64,000 bases of DNA from Bacteroidota bacterium. GTDB taxonomy: Bacteria; Bacteroidota; Ignavibacteria; UBA10030; SZUA-254. The notes under the pieces are model-generated. The model searched no databases and was not told where the DNA came from. It saw only the letters and a list, made by a program, of their open reading frames with translations. Of this stretch, positions 56,000 to 64,000 are shown piece after piece. Position 1 is the first letter of the stretch. Every line of letters begins with the position of its first letter. Made by a program: the position numbers and the translations under genes. The DNA lies in assembly GCA_049515655.1 (NCBI GenBank), contig JBEKTW010000001.1, positions 419 through 64,418 on the forward strand, given 5' to 3'.

Positions 56000-56650
56000 G
56001 TGTATATTCTCGTAAACCTTTTCCTCCCGAACCTCGTCTTAGAATATAGTGAAGGGTACAATGTGACAGATGATCGACCGTTGGTCGAGCGCGCGAAGCG
56101 CGGCGACATGGATGCATTTCGTCGGCTTGTCGAGAGCTCAATGACCAAAGTGTATTGGATCGCGTACGATCTGACAGGATCCCGCCGCGATGCGGAAGAT
56201 CTGTCGCAGGATGTCTTTCTCAAAGCGTTCCACTCCCTCGATAGCTTTCGGGGTGACGCGAAGTGGAGCACATGGCTCTACAGAATCACGGTCAACACGT
56301 GTCTGGATTATCTCAAATCACCTGCAAGGAAGAGAATGCAACTCGATAATCCTACGTCAGACGACGGTCTTCCCCGGAATGTGGATTTCCATGAGCCGCT
56401 GACGCCCGACCGTATCACGGAATCGCGGATGATCCAGGTGAACATCGAGCGGGCGTTGGATAGTCTCTCGCCGCAGGAACGCTCCGTCTTTGTGCTTAGG
56501 CATTACCACGACCTGCCTTTGAAGCAAATCGCTGACACACTCAGCGTGGCGGAGGGCACCGTGAAGTCGTATCTATTCCGCGCCATACATAGTTTGCAGA
56601 AAGAGCTTGGCTTTTATCGAAATGAATTTGGACTGGAGGAAAAACCATGA
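56000..56650 (+). CDS. ECF (sigma-70 family, group IV) RNA polymerase sigma factor
   Basis: Region 2 FRRLVESSMTKVYWIAYDLTGSRRDAEDLSQDVFLKAF...TWLYRITVNTCLDYLK and region 4 ...RHYHDLPLKQIADTLSVAEGTVKSYLFRAIHSL. The start is uncertain (ATG 56000 or GTG 56063). Confidence 0.85.
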   Translation: MYILVNLFLPNLVLEYSEGYNVTDDRPLVERAKRGDMDAFRRLVESSMTKVYWIAYDLTGSRRDAEDLSQDVFLKAFHSLDSFRGDAKWSTWLYRITVNTCLDYLKSPARKRMQLDNPTSDDGLPRNVDFHEPLTPDRITESRMIQVNIERALDSLSPQERSVFVLRHYHDLPLKQIADTLSVAEGTVKSYLFRAIHSLQKELGFYRNEFGLEEKP

Positions 56651-57492
56651 CATGTGAAAAGTGCGAGGAATTATTTGTTGACGCTCGCTACGGCGAATTG
56701 GGGGCCGCGGATACTGCGGCATTCAAAGAACACCTCTCCTCGTGCACGGCATGCGCGTCAGGCTACGCACGCATGCAACAAGCTTTGGAGATCATGGACG
56801 GGCGTCTCCGGAGTGAGCCCGGAGAAGCGTTTTGGGCGAACTACTGGGAGAACCTCCGTTCCAGGATGGAATCGGACGAGAAAACACCACCCCTGCGGAC
56901 GCATTCCCCGAAGATTGTTCGTTTCAGACCGCCATTCATGCCTGCATGGGCGTACGGTGTCGCTGCGGTCCTGCTAGTCGCGCTCGGGATCTATCTGGGT
57001 AGAACTGTCCTCGTAAGACAAACTCAGGGTGCCGGCCGGCCGGCGAATGCTTCAATTGTCGGCACAGGCGCGGACTCTGCCACTGCATTGCGGCAAGCAA
57101 CGGAGAGACAATCCAACGAATACCTTGAACGGTCAAAGGTCTTGCTCATCGGACTCGTGAATACCCCGGTCGGGGTTTCGTCGACTTCCAATCTTGCGCG
57201 CCAACAACACATCTCGCGCGAGCTCATCCGGCAAGCCAGCTACCTCCAAACCGCCCTCAAGGAACCCGAGCAACGACATCTCCGGCAGCTCATCGGCGAC
57301 CTTGAAGTCGTTCTTATGGAGCTCGCAAACTATAGCGTCGAGAATGGCGTTCCACTGGTTGAGCTCGTCAAACAGGGCGTTGACAAGAAATCCATCTTAC
57401 TCAAAATTAACGTCGAGCAGATTCGTGCGCTTGGTTCTCGACCGGAACCTCCCGCGAAGACTCTCAAGGACAACGCGAAATCAAAAATCTGA
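56647..57492 (+). CDS. membrane-anchored anti-sigma factor (zf-HC2 type)
   Basis: N-terminal CEKCEE...H...CTAC (zf-HC2), a single TM (AYGVAAVLLVALGIYLG), and a periplasmic domain. ATGA overlap with the sigma gene. Confidence 0.7.
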   Translation: MTCEKCEELFVDARYGELGAADTAAFKEHLSSCTACASGYARMQQALEIMDGRLRSEPGEAFWANYWENLRSRMESDEKTPPLRTHSPKIVRFRPPFMPAWAYGVAAVLLVALGIYLGRTVLVRQTQGAGRPANASIVGTGADSATALRQATERQSNEYLERSKVLLIGLVNTPVGVSSTSNLARQQHISRELIRQASYLQTALKEPEQRHLRQLIGDLEVVLMELANYSVENGVPLVELVKQGVDKKSILLKINVEQIRALGSRPEPPAKTLKDNAKSKI

Positions 57493-57508
57493 AGAAGGAG
57501 TGCATGTG

Positions 57509-59104
57509 ATGACATCAAAAAGAGGTCTTTTGAAACGAACGACAAGCCTGTCAGGAGCAATTCTGCTCATGGCACTGCTGGCCATACTCATGCCGGTGGC
57601 GGTCCGCTGCCAGGATGCACCAACCAAAGCCTACGACCAGGCGTATGGGTGTATCCTCGACGAAAAATGGTTGGATGCCCAGAAAGCTCTTGGTGAGTTC
57701 ATCAAGCAGTACCCAAAGAGCAAAATGGTCGATGCGGCAGAATACTGGCAATGCTATACACGCGACAAGCTCGGCGAGGACCAGGAAAGCGTCTTTCAAT
57801 GTTACGACAACTTCATCAAATCGCATCCGAAAAGCAAATGGAAAGATGATGCCAAGTCGAATCTCGTGAGAATTGCCTACGATCTCTCAAAGAAGGGCAA
57901 GCCGGAGTACAAGGAAAAGATTCAGGGGATGGGGGAAGAGGAAGATGAGGATGTCAAGCTCGCGGCATTGAATGCGTTGAGCAACATGGGGAGTGACGAG
58001 GCGTACGCCGCGATAATCGACCTGTTCGACAGGATGCCGGGTGAGGGACTACGCAGCAAGATCGTATACGTTCTCGGCAACATAGAATCTCCTGAGGTTG
58101 GCAAGAAGCTCCAGGAGATTGCGACGAGAGATCAGAGCATAAGAGTCCGTAAGGACGCTGTCTACGCGCTCGGCAACCGTGGCGATTCGGCTGCGTTCAT
58201 GGCAATGGAACAGATCGTTCGCTCGAAAAACGACAGGGAAGTGCGGAAAGCCGCGCTGTACGCTCTCGGCAACATGGATGAGAAGAAGGTAATCCCATTT
58301 CTGGGCGAAGTCGGTCGAACCGAGCAGGACCAAGAGCTCGCGAAAGCCGCGACGTATTCTCTCGGCAATACTGATGGTGAGCAGGCTTCCGGTGAACTGA
58401 AGCGCATCTTCAAGGAGGCGAAGGAGACGGAAGTCCGAAAGGCGGCGATGTACGCCCTCGGCAACCGGGGCGACGCCGCTGCAGTTGCTGCGCTGAAGGA
58501 AGCAGCTCTTGCCGACCAGGACTCCGAAATCCGAAAAGCGGCCGCCTACGCCCTCGGCAACATCGGTGACCAGGACGTTGTCGAGGCATTGAAGGAGATT
58601 GTCAGCACAAGTCGCGATTCCGAAACGAAAAAGGCGGCACTCTTCAGTCTCGGAAACACCGGAAAGGAAGCAGCGAAGGTATTTCTCATCGCCACTGCGA
58701 CAACGGACACAGATGACGAAATCGCAAAGACGGCGATCTTTGCCCTCGGAAATCTTTCGGGTGGAGACGATCCGGATCTCATGCTGAATATCGCCCGGAA
58801 ATCCCCTTCGCTCGCAGTTCGAAAACAGGCAGTCTACCAGATCGGCAACGGCAATGGTCCCGCTTCCGTCAAAGCGCTGGCCAGGATTGCACGAGAGGAG
58901 CAAGACACCGAGCTCAGGATTACGGCAATCTACGCCTTAGGGAACTCGGGGAGCGACGATGCAGTCCCAACGCTCGCAGAGGTCGCGAAAACGGGCGGTG
59001 AAAAGAAACTACGCAGCGCGGCCGTGAGCGCACTGGGACAGATCGGCACCGACAAAGCCCGTGCTGCTTTGATGGAAATCCTGGGATATAAATCAAAGGA
59101 GTAA
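57509..59104 (+). CDS. periplasmic HEAT-repeat (PBS-lyase HEAT-like) protein with Cys-containing N-terminal domain
   Basis: Start at ATG 57509, which has an aggag RBS. Signal peptide, four Cys in the first 90 mature residues, then 12 or more repeats of the xVRKxAxYALGNxG type. Confidence 0.7.
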   Translation: MTSKRGLLKRTTSLSGAILLMALLAILMPVAVRCQDAPTKAYDQAYGCILDEKWLDAQKALGEFIKQYPKSKMVDAAEYWQCYTRDKLGEDQESVFQCYDNFIKSHPKSKWKDDAKSNLVRIAYDLSKKGKPEYKEKIQGMGEEEDEDVKLAALNALSNMGSDEAYAAIIDLFDRMPGEGLRSKIVYVLGNIESPEVGKKLQEIATRDQSIRVRKDAVYALGNRGDSAAFMAMEQIVRSKNDREVRKAALYALGNMDEKKVIPFLGEVGRTEQDQELAKAATYSLGNTDGEQASGELKRIFKEAKETEVRKAAMYALGNRGDAAAVAALKEAALADQDSEIRKAAAYALGNIGDQDVVEALKEIVSTSRDSETKKAALFSLGNTGKEAAKVFLIATATTDTDDEIAKTAIFALGNLSGGDDPDLMLNIARKSPSLAVRKQAVYQIGNGNGPASVKALARIAREEQDTELRITAIYALGNSGSDDAVPTLAEVAKTGGEKKLRSAAVSALGQIGTDKARAALMEILGYKSKE

Positions 59105-59107
59105 TCC

Positions 59108-60256
59108 ATGATCCGGGAAAAGCTTCTATTAAACATCATCATGGGTGGTCTGACGATTGCGTTGGTCGGCGGTACGATTTGCGCTCAGCCGGCAGTCGTT
59201 TGTCCGAACACAGCTCAGCCCCTGGCCGAACGGTGGGGTTGGGCCGGGCGGGAGGCCGGAGAGCGGGGATGGAACCGCGGCTATTGGGTAGGATATAGCA
59301 TTGTCAAATCCATGGGCGAAAATTGGTTCATCGGATCTTGTTTTACAGACTCGAGAAGAAACAGACCAAGTCTGTGCGAGATGCTGGGCCTGAGCCCGTG
59401 CCCTACAGAGCGTGAGGTCATGGGGCCGAACCACAATCTTACAATGACCGGTTGTCTGACCGTTGTCAATGACAGAGCCGGCAATGTGTGCAAGATACCT
59501 AAGGAAGTGGGGATTCTATTTCATCTGGATGGAAAAAAATCCAGGGAGTACTTCCACGACATCAAAATCAGCAATCTCTCGCTCCACGTCAATCTTGAAA
59601 ACGAACCCGTTCTCTGGCTTGGGACGGCTGATGATTCCGAGAGCGTCCTGTTCCTGCAATCAAAATACACACGCGAGGAATCTGAAGATGTGCAAGCGAG
59701 TATTGTCAGTGCTGTCGGCATACATCAGTCGTCGGAGCTCGTAACCTCCTTCCTGATCCGGGTGGTGAACGGGGAAGACCGGACGGAGGTGAGAAAGAAC
59801 GCAGTGTTCTGGCTTGGACAGACGAACTCTGACCCTGCGCTCAAACTGCTCCTCGGGATAGTTGAGACAGACAGGTCGGAAGACGTGCGCGGCGAAGCAG
59901 TTTTTGCCATCAGCGAGATGGAGGAAAACAAAGGGGAGGATCAATTGATCTCACTTGCGCGTACGGCGAAGGATCCTGAAGTGCGAAAAAAAGCGATGTT
60001 CTGGCTCGGACAGAAGGCCTCCGAGAAGAGTACAGCCGCACTCGAAAACATCGTGAACGATGACAAAGACACAGAGATTCAGAAGAGTGCCGTCTTCGCG
60101 TTGACCCAACTTCCGGACGAAGAGGGGCTCGATGCGCTCATCAAAATTGCTGAAACGCATCAGAATCCAAGGGTTCGGAAAGAAGCAATCTTTTGGTTGG
60201 GGGAGACGGGCAATGACCGGGCGCTGAATGCTCTGATAGAAATACTGCGCAAATAG
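59108..60256 (+). CDS. periplasmic HEAT-repeat protein with Cys-rich N-terminal domain (paralogous repeat type)
   Basis: Signal peptide, eight Cys in the first about 130 aa, then repeats (EVRKNAVFWLGQ..., EVRKKAMFWLGQ..., RVRKEAIFWLGE...). Confidence 0.65.
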   Translation: MIREKLLLNIIMGGLTIALVGGTICAQPAVVCPNTAQPLAERWGWAGREAGERGWNRGYWVGYSIVKSMGENWFIGSCFTDSRRNRPSLCEMLGLSPCPTEREVMGPNHNLTMTGCLTVVNDRAGNVCKIPKEVGILFHLDGKKSREYFHDIKISNLSLHVNLENEPVLWLGTADDSESVLFLQSKYTREESEDVQASIVSAVGIHQSSELVTSFLIRVVNGEDRTEVRKNAVFWLGQTNSDPALKLLLGIVETDRSEDVRGEAVFAISEMEENKGEDQLISLARTAKDPEVRKKAMFWLGQKASEKSTAALENIVNDDKDTEIQKSAVFALTQLPDEEGLDALIKIAETHQNPRVRKEAIFWLGETGNDRALNALIEILRK

Positions 60257-60484
60257 GTCGCTATTGGCAGATTTGGGATGCCCGGGAGGCATGTTCGGCC
60301 CACCTATCCCGATGGTCGGTTTGCAATCTATGGATTTTTCCGTTACCTTGTACCCTGCTTGACATATGAGTGTGGTGCGGGATTCCTTTCCTTCCATGTG
60401 CTCGATATGCCAAACCTAATCACGAAGCGCAGCGTTGATCGCGGGCGCATTGTTCATTCACTCTTTGAAGAGAAGGAGTCCAGT

Positions 60485-60790
60485 ATGAGGATATATGTCG
60501 GTAATTTGTCCACTGATGTCACAGACGAAGATCTGCGGACTGAGTTTGCGGCGTTCGGGCAGGTCGATAGTGCAAGTGTTATCAAGGATCGCTTCCGGGA
60601 CGTGTCCCGGGGATTCGCCTTTGTGGAAATGCCGGTGGAAGAGGAAGGTAAAGCTGCCATTACGGCGTTGCACGGGAAACAGATGAAGGGCCGGTCGATG
60701 GATGTCAACGAAGCGCGGCCGCGTGAACAGCGTCACTCCGGCGGCAGGTCGGGTGGACGAAGAGGCGGCGGCGGCAGGCGATCGTGGTAG
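60485..60790 (+). CDS. RRM-type RNA-binding protein with Gly/Arg-rich tail
   Basis: RNP2 MRIYVGNL and RNP1 RGFAFVEM, with a C-terminal GGRSGGRRGGGGRRSW tail. Confidence 0.85.
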   Translation: MRIYVGNLSTDVTDEDLRTEFAAFGQVDSASVIKDRFRDVSRGFAFVEMPVEEEGKAAITALHGKQMKGRSMDVNEARPREQRHSGGRSGGRRGGGGRRSW

Positions 60791-61122
60791 TCACGCGCTG
60801 ACCCTTCGAGTCATCCGCTTGTTCTTCCCGACCGTTTGACGATTCTGCGATGTGCAGGATCGTTTATGGGCCGGACGGTAGTATGGATTTTCCAGGGTCC
60901 GGAGCGTGCTTCTTCGGACCTTTTGTTTTCTCATGGGCTGACGAAACAAGTCGTTTCATGTATGTAATGTCCCGAAAGCACCGCAGGGGGACTGTCGGCA
61001 GATTCTTTGAGGGCGATCCTGCCGTCTTCAGAATTATCCTATTATAAATTCCGTTCTTTGGCTGTCGAAACATTCTGGTGTTTCCTAATTCACCTATTGT
61101 AGAACATATGTGGAGAAGTGCC

Positions 61123-62385
61123 ATGAGGTCAAGAACTTTTGCTGTTATGATCATGCTGATACTTGCCATTGGGATTGCCTATCCGAATGGTTTGAGTCTG
61201 AACAGCATTGGTCCCAAAGGGTTTGGAATGGGAGGAGCCTTCGTCGGGCTGGCGGATGATTACACGGCCGTGTACTGGAATCCATCCGGGCTTTCTCAGA
61301 TCCAGAAAAATTTTATCGGCGTGTTTGCAACGGATGTCATGCCAAAGGGAACCTACAAGTTCCCGTTGGCCGGAATCGATGCAAAAGAGAATACGAATAA
61401 TTACATCTCACCGAATCTCATGGGACTGTATCATTTCGGCGTTTCAGATAATCTCACATTCGGATTAGGGGTATACGTTCCTGCGGGGATAGGATCCGCG
61501 TGGGAAGGAAATGATTTGAAAAACCTCGACAGCGGCAGGGTGTACACATGGATGAGCAAGATCGCTGTGGTGAACATTTCACCGGCCGCCGCGTATAAGT
61601 TTTCCGATAATTTCTCAGTCGGGGTCGCTATCAACATTCTCTACGGCATGTTTGATCTGCAACATCCAGGTTTGCCGCTGGGACAGATAAACCGGCATGT
61701 GCCGGCAATGCAATTTACCGAGAGATCCCACGGGTTTGGATGTGGAATGTCGATTGGTGCACTGTACAAGGCCAGTGAAAAATTCAGCGCCGGTGTAACT
61801 TTCAGGTCTCAGGCCATTGTCAAAATGTCTGGAACCATGGAGAATCCATTCATGGCCGTTGCGAGTCCGGGCACCCCCCCAAGCGCGGATTTCACAAGGG
61901 ATATCGGTTGGCCGATGTGGATCGCCGGCGGTATCGCTTTCCGGCCGATGGATGATCTTGTCGTTACGTTCGACGTTCAGTACAGCGCCTGGTCCACAAC
62001 TGAAGACACGCTCAGGACCGAATTTACCGACCCGAAATGGGAGCCTCTAAAGAGCTCATACAACCTTAATCTGCACTGGAATGATGCGACGCAGATTCGA
62101 TTGGGTATTGGCTATACTGCATCCCAGAATCTGGACCTGCGCGCGGGTTTCTACATTGACCCTGCGCCCGCACCTGATGAGACTTACAGTATTCTTTTCC
62201 CAAGCATCAGCTATACCGGCATTACGCTCGGTGCTGGCTACAAAGTCAGCGATTTTGTGTTCGACCTCGGTGTGGAGTACCTGATCGGCAAGGATAGGGA
62301 TATCGCTGCGGCTACCAATGTCCTTCCAGGCACTTACGGTATGAATATCCCCGCCTGGAGCCTTGGTGTCGGATATGCGTTTTGA
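61123..62385 (+). CDS. FadL/OmpP1/TodX-family outer-membrane hydrophobic-compound transporter
   Basis: Start at MRSRTFAVMIMLILAIGIAY (signal peptide), a hatch-like NGLSLNSIGPKGFGMGGAFVG segment, and a barrel ending ...WSLGVGYAF. Confidence 0.75.
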   Translation: MRSRTFAVMIMLILAIGIAYPNGLSLNSIGPKGFGMGGAFVGLADDYTAVYWNPSGLSQIQKNFIGVFATDVMPKGTYKFPLAGIDAKENTNNYISPNLMGLYHFGVSDNLTFGLGVYVPAGIGSAWEGNDLKNLDSGRVYTWMSKIAVVNISPAAAYKFSDNFSVGVAINILYGMFDLQHPGLPLGQINRHVPAMQFTERSHGFGCGMSIGALYKASEKFSAGVTFRSQAIVKMSGTMENPFMAVASPGTPPSADFTRDIGWPMWIAGGIAFRPMDDLVVTFDVQYSAWSTTEDTLRTEFTDPKWEPLKSSYNLNLHWNDATQIRLGIGYTASQNLDLRAGFYIDPAPAPDETYSILFPSISYTGITLGAGYKVSDFVFDLGVEYLIGKDRDIAAATNVLPGTYGMNIPAWSLGVGYAF

Positions 62386-62537
62386 TTGAACCATCTCTCG
62401 TGCCTTGACAGGCGCGGAACAGTCATGTTGTGAAAGGGCGAGCCGCCAGGCTTGCCCTTTCTGTTTCCGTCAACGTTTCAACCTCATCTTGCATCCATTC
62501 AGTGATACCACATTTTCGATATTCATTGCTGCGTTCG

Positions 62538-62608
62538 ACCTTCTCCCCCTTTTTCAAGGGGGAGAATACAAGAGGGGGTCGGGGGCGGATGACACGACCT
62601 CGAACTGA
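62538..62608 (+). repeat. intergenic repeat family 2, copy 2
   Basis: ccTTCTCCCCCtttttcaaGGGGGAGAAtacaagagggggtcgggggcggatgacacgacctcgaactg. The tail is about 80% identical to 47404-47450, and a GGGGAGAA-ending hairpin precedes it. Confidence 0.5.
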
Positions 62609-62699
62609 TATGCTGCCGCCTGTCCTTTTGACACTTTGTCCCATTCTTCGTACATTTCCAGAAATATTCCCATCGATCTCACATTCGCAAGGTAGCGCC

Positions 62700-63749
62700 A
62701 TGAAACGGACGGCAATCGTCATCCTGATGCTCTTGATCGTTCTGCCACTGAGTGTGTACAACACCTCCGGGAGACTGCAGGCACAGCAGCAGTCGTCACA
62801 ACATCGTTTCGGTATTGTAGTCCACGGCGGAGCGGGGACAATCACGAAAAACAGCATGACGCCGGAACTCGAAAAACAGTTCAGGGAGAAAATGACCGAA
62901 GCCCTTCTCAAAGGATACAACATCCTCAAGAACAACGGAACGAGTATGGATGCCGTAGAAGCGGTCATCAACATTCTCGAAGATTCTCCACTGTTCAATG
63001 CTGGAAAAGGCGCTGTGTTCACCCACGAAGGGACCAACGAGATGGACGCCGCGGTCATGGATGGAAACACGCTCAAGGCGGGAGCGGTCGCAGCGGTGAA
63101 ACATATCAAAAATCCGATCAGTCTTGCGCGCATGGTGATGGAAAAATCGCCGCATGTCATGATGGTTGGCACGGGAGCCGAGGCGTTTGCGATGGCGCAC
63201 GGCATGGACACTGTGCCGCAAAAGTATTTTTATACCGAGAGGCGATGGAAGCAACTTCAGGAAGCATTGGCAAAGGAAAGGGAAAGCGATTCGTCGGGGC
63301 AGAAGAACTCAGCGCCCGATACATCCGAGCACAAGCACGGCACTGTAGGATGTGTCGCGCTCGATAAAATGGGCAACCTTGCGGCCGGAACGTCAACGGG
63401 CGGGACAACCAACAAGCGGTACGGGCGTGTCGGTGATTCGCCGATCATCGGAGCGGGAACGTACGCGAACAACAAAACCTGTGCCGTCTCAGCAACAGGA
63501 ACGGGGGAATATTTTATCCGCTCGGTCGTCGGATATGACATCTCCGCTTTGATGGAATACAAAGGCATGTCGGTCAAGGATGCCGCCGAAACGGTCGTGA
63601 TGGACAAACTTGTCAAGCTCGGCGGGGACGGCGGCGTCATTGCCATCGACAAGGATGGAAATATCGCAATGCCCTTCAACACCTCCGGCATGTACCGTGC
63701 GTACATCGACAGCACCGGCAACCCAGTCGTCAAGATCTACAAAGAATGA
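62700..63749 (+). CDS. isoaspartyl peptidase/L-asparaginase (Ntn-hydrolase, plant-type asparaginase family)
   Basis: Signal peptide, IVVHGGAGT, and the autoproteolytic GTVGCVALD (Thr nucleophile) plus GGTTNK motifs. Confidence 0.85.
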   Translation: MKRTAIVILMLLIVLPLSVYNTSGRLQAQQQSSQHRFGIVVHGGAGTITKNSMTPELEKQFREKMTEALLKGYNILKNNGTSMDAVEAVINILEDSPLFNAGKGAVFTHEGTNEMDAAVMDGNTLKAGAVAAVKHIKNPISLARMVMEKSPHVMMVGTGAEAFAMAHGMDTVPQKYFYTERRWKQLQEALAKERESDSSGQKNSAPDTSEHKHGTVGCVALDKMGNLAAGTSTGGTTNKRYGRVGDSPIIGAGTYANNKTCAVSATGTGEYFIRSVVGYDISALMEYKGMSVKDAAETVVMDKLVKLGGDGGVIAIDKDGNIAMPFNTSGMYRAYIDSTGNPVVKIYKE

Positions 63750-63838
63750 CCTGCCGTAGGTCCGATCTCCTGATCGGACCACGTAGGCGACCGGGTTCCC
63801 TGTTCGGACAACAAGCTCAATATGAAAGGAGCCAGCAA

Positions 63839-64000
63839 ATGAAAGTCATCGTCGATTTATGTATCATCCCCATCGGGGTAGGCGTGTCTCTCTCAAGCTA
63901 CGTCGCCGCCTGCGAGCGTATTCTCAAGGAGGCTGGACTAAAGGTCCAGCTTCACGCCAACGGGACGAATATTGAAGGGGATTGGGATGCGGTGTTCGGT
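63839..64000 (+). CDS. MTH1187/YkoF-family (UPF0045) protein, N-terminal part (gene runs off the window)
   Basis: MKVIVDLCIIPIGVGVSLSSYVAACERILKEAGLKVQLHANGTNIEGDWD matches the conserved N-terminal half of the family. RBS aaaggagcc. Confidence 0.55.
   Translation, partial: MKVIVDLCIIPIGVGVSLSSYVAACERILKEAGLKVQLHANGTNIEGDWDAVFG

Noticed and set aside
58049-58903. 284-aa minus-strand ORF
   Set aside because: Antisense to the HEAT-repeat gene, whose sense frame shows the periodic repeat signature.

Overview
64-kb chromosomal window, about 55% GC, densely coded on both strands. It is probably from an FCB-group (Bacteroidota/Ignavibacteria-like) bacterium: it has a GWxTD protein, SPOR and DUF3078 outer-membrane proteins, a TonB-dependent receptor behind a TPP riboswitch, and TAnnTTTG-type -7 promoter motifs. 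Most genes are housekeeping or envelope functions. Recognisable products include aroK, a SurA/PpiD-like PPIase, a GT9 heptosyltransferase-to-cdsA operon, a BamA-family protein, rnhB, yraN, cstA, queF, anmK, pta, miaB, a sigma-54 activator, a GT2 processive synthase, rpsT, mscL, thioredoxin YbbN, an ECF sigma operon and isoaspartyl peptidase.

Non-routine content, in rough order of interest:
1. A 4.0-kb lower-GC insertion (30338-34347) bounded by imperfect ~20-bp terminal inverted repeats and an 8-10-bp direct target duplication. It carries an IS1/IS1595-superfamily DDE transposase plus passenger genes: a NYN/PIN-like protein, an excisionase-like HTH, a possible HEPN-like protein, small and membrane proteins, and an odd GC-rich structured segment.
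2. A 962-aa Upf1-like SF1B helicase homologue in which both the Walker A lysine and the Walker B glutamate are replaced, so it is predicted to be ATPase-dead. It lies downstream of queF and a DUF423 fragment.
3. A three-gene cluster of paralogous TPR-like proteins (two coiled-coil membrane proteins and a class III nucleotidyl cyclase). One gene contains near-perfect 60-bp tandem repeats.
4. A TPP-riboswitch-controlled thiamine uptake and salvage operon. Its transporter gene contains a heptamer-type microsatellite embedded in frame.
5. Two separate families of intergenic repeats. One has (CAATGAC)n and (GGTAGGT)n heptamer arrays around a promoter-like core and sits upstream of three genes.
6. 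An ECF sigma/anti-sigma operon followed by two Cys-rich periplasmic HEAT-repeat proteins.

No tRNA, rRNA or CRISPR array was recognised.
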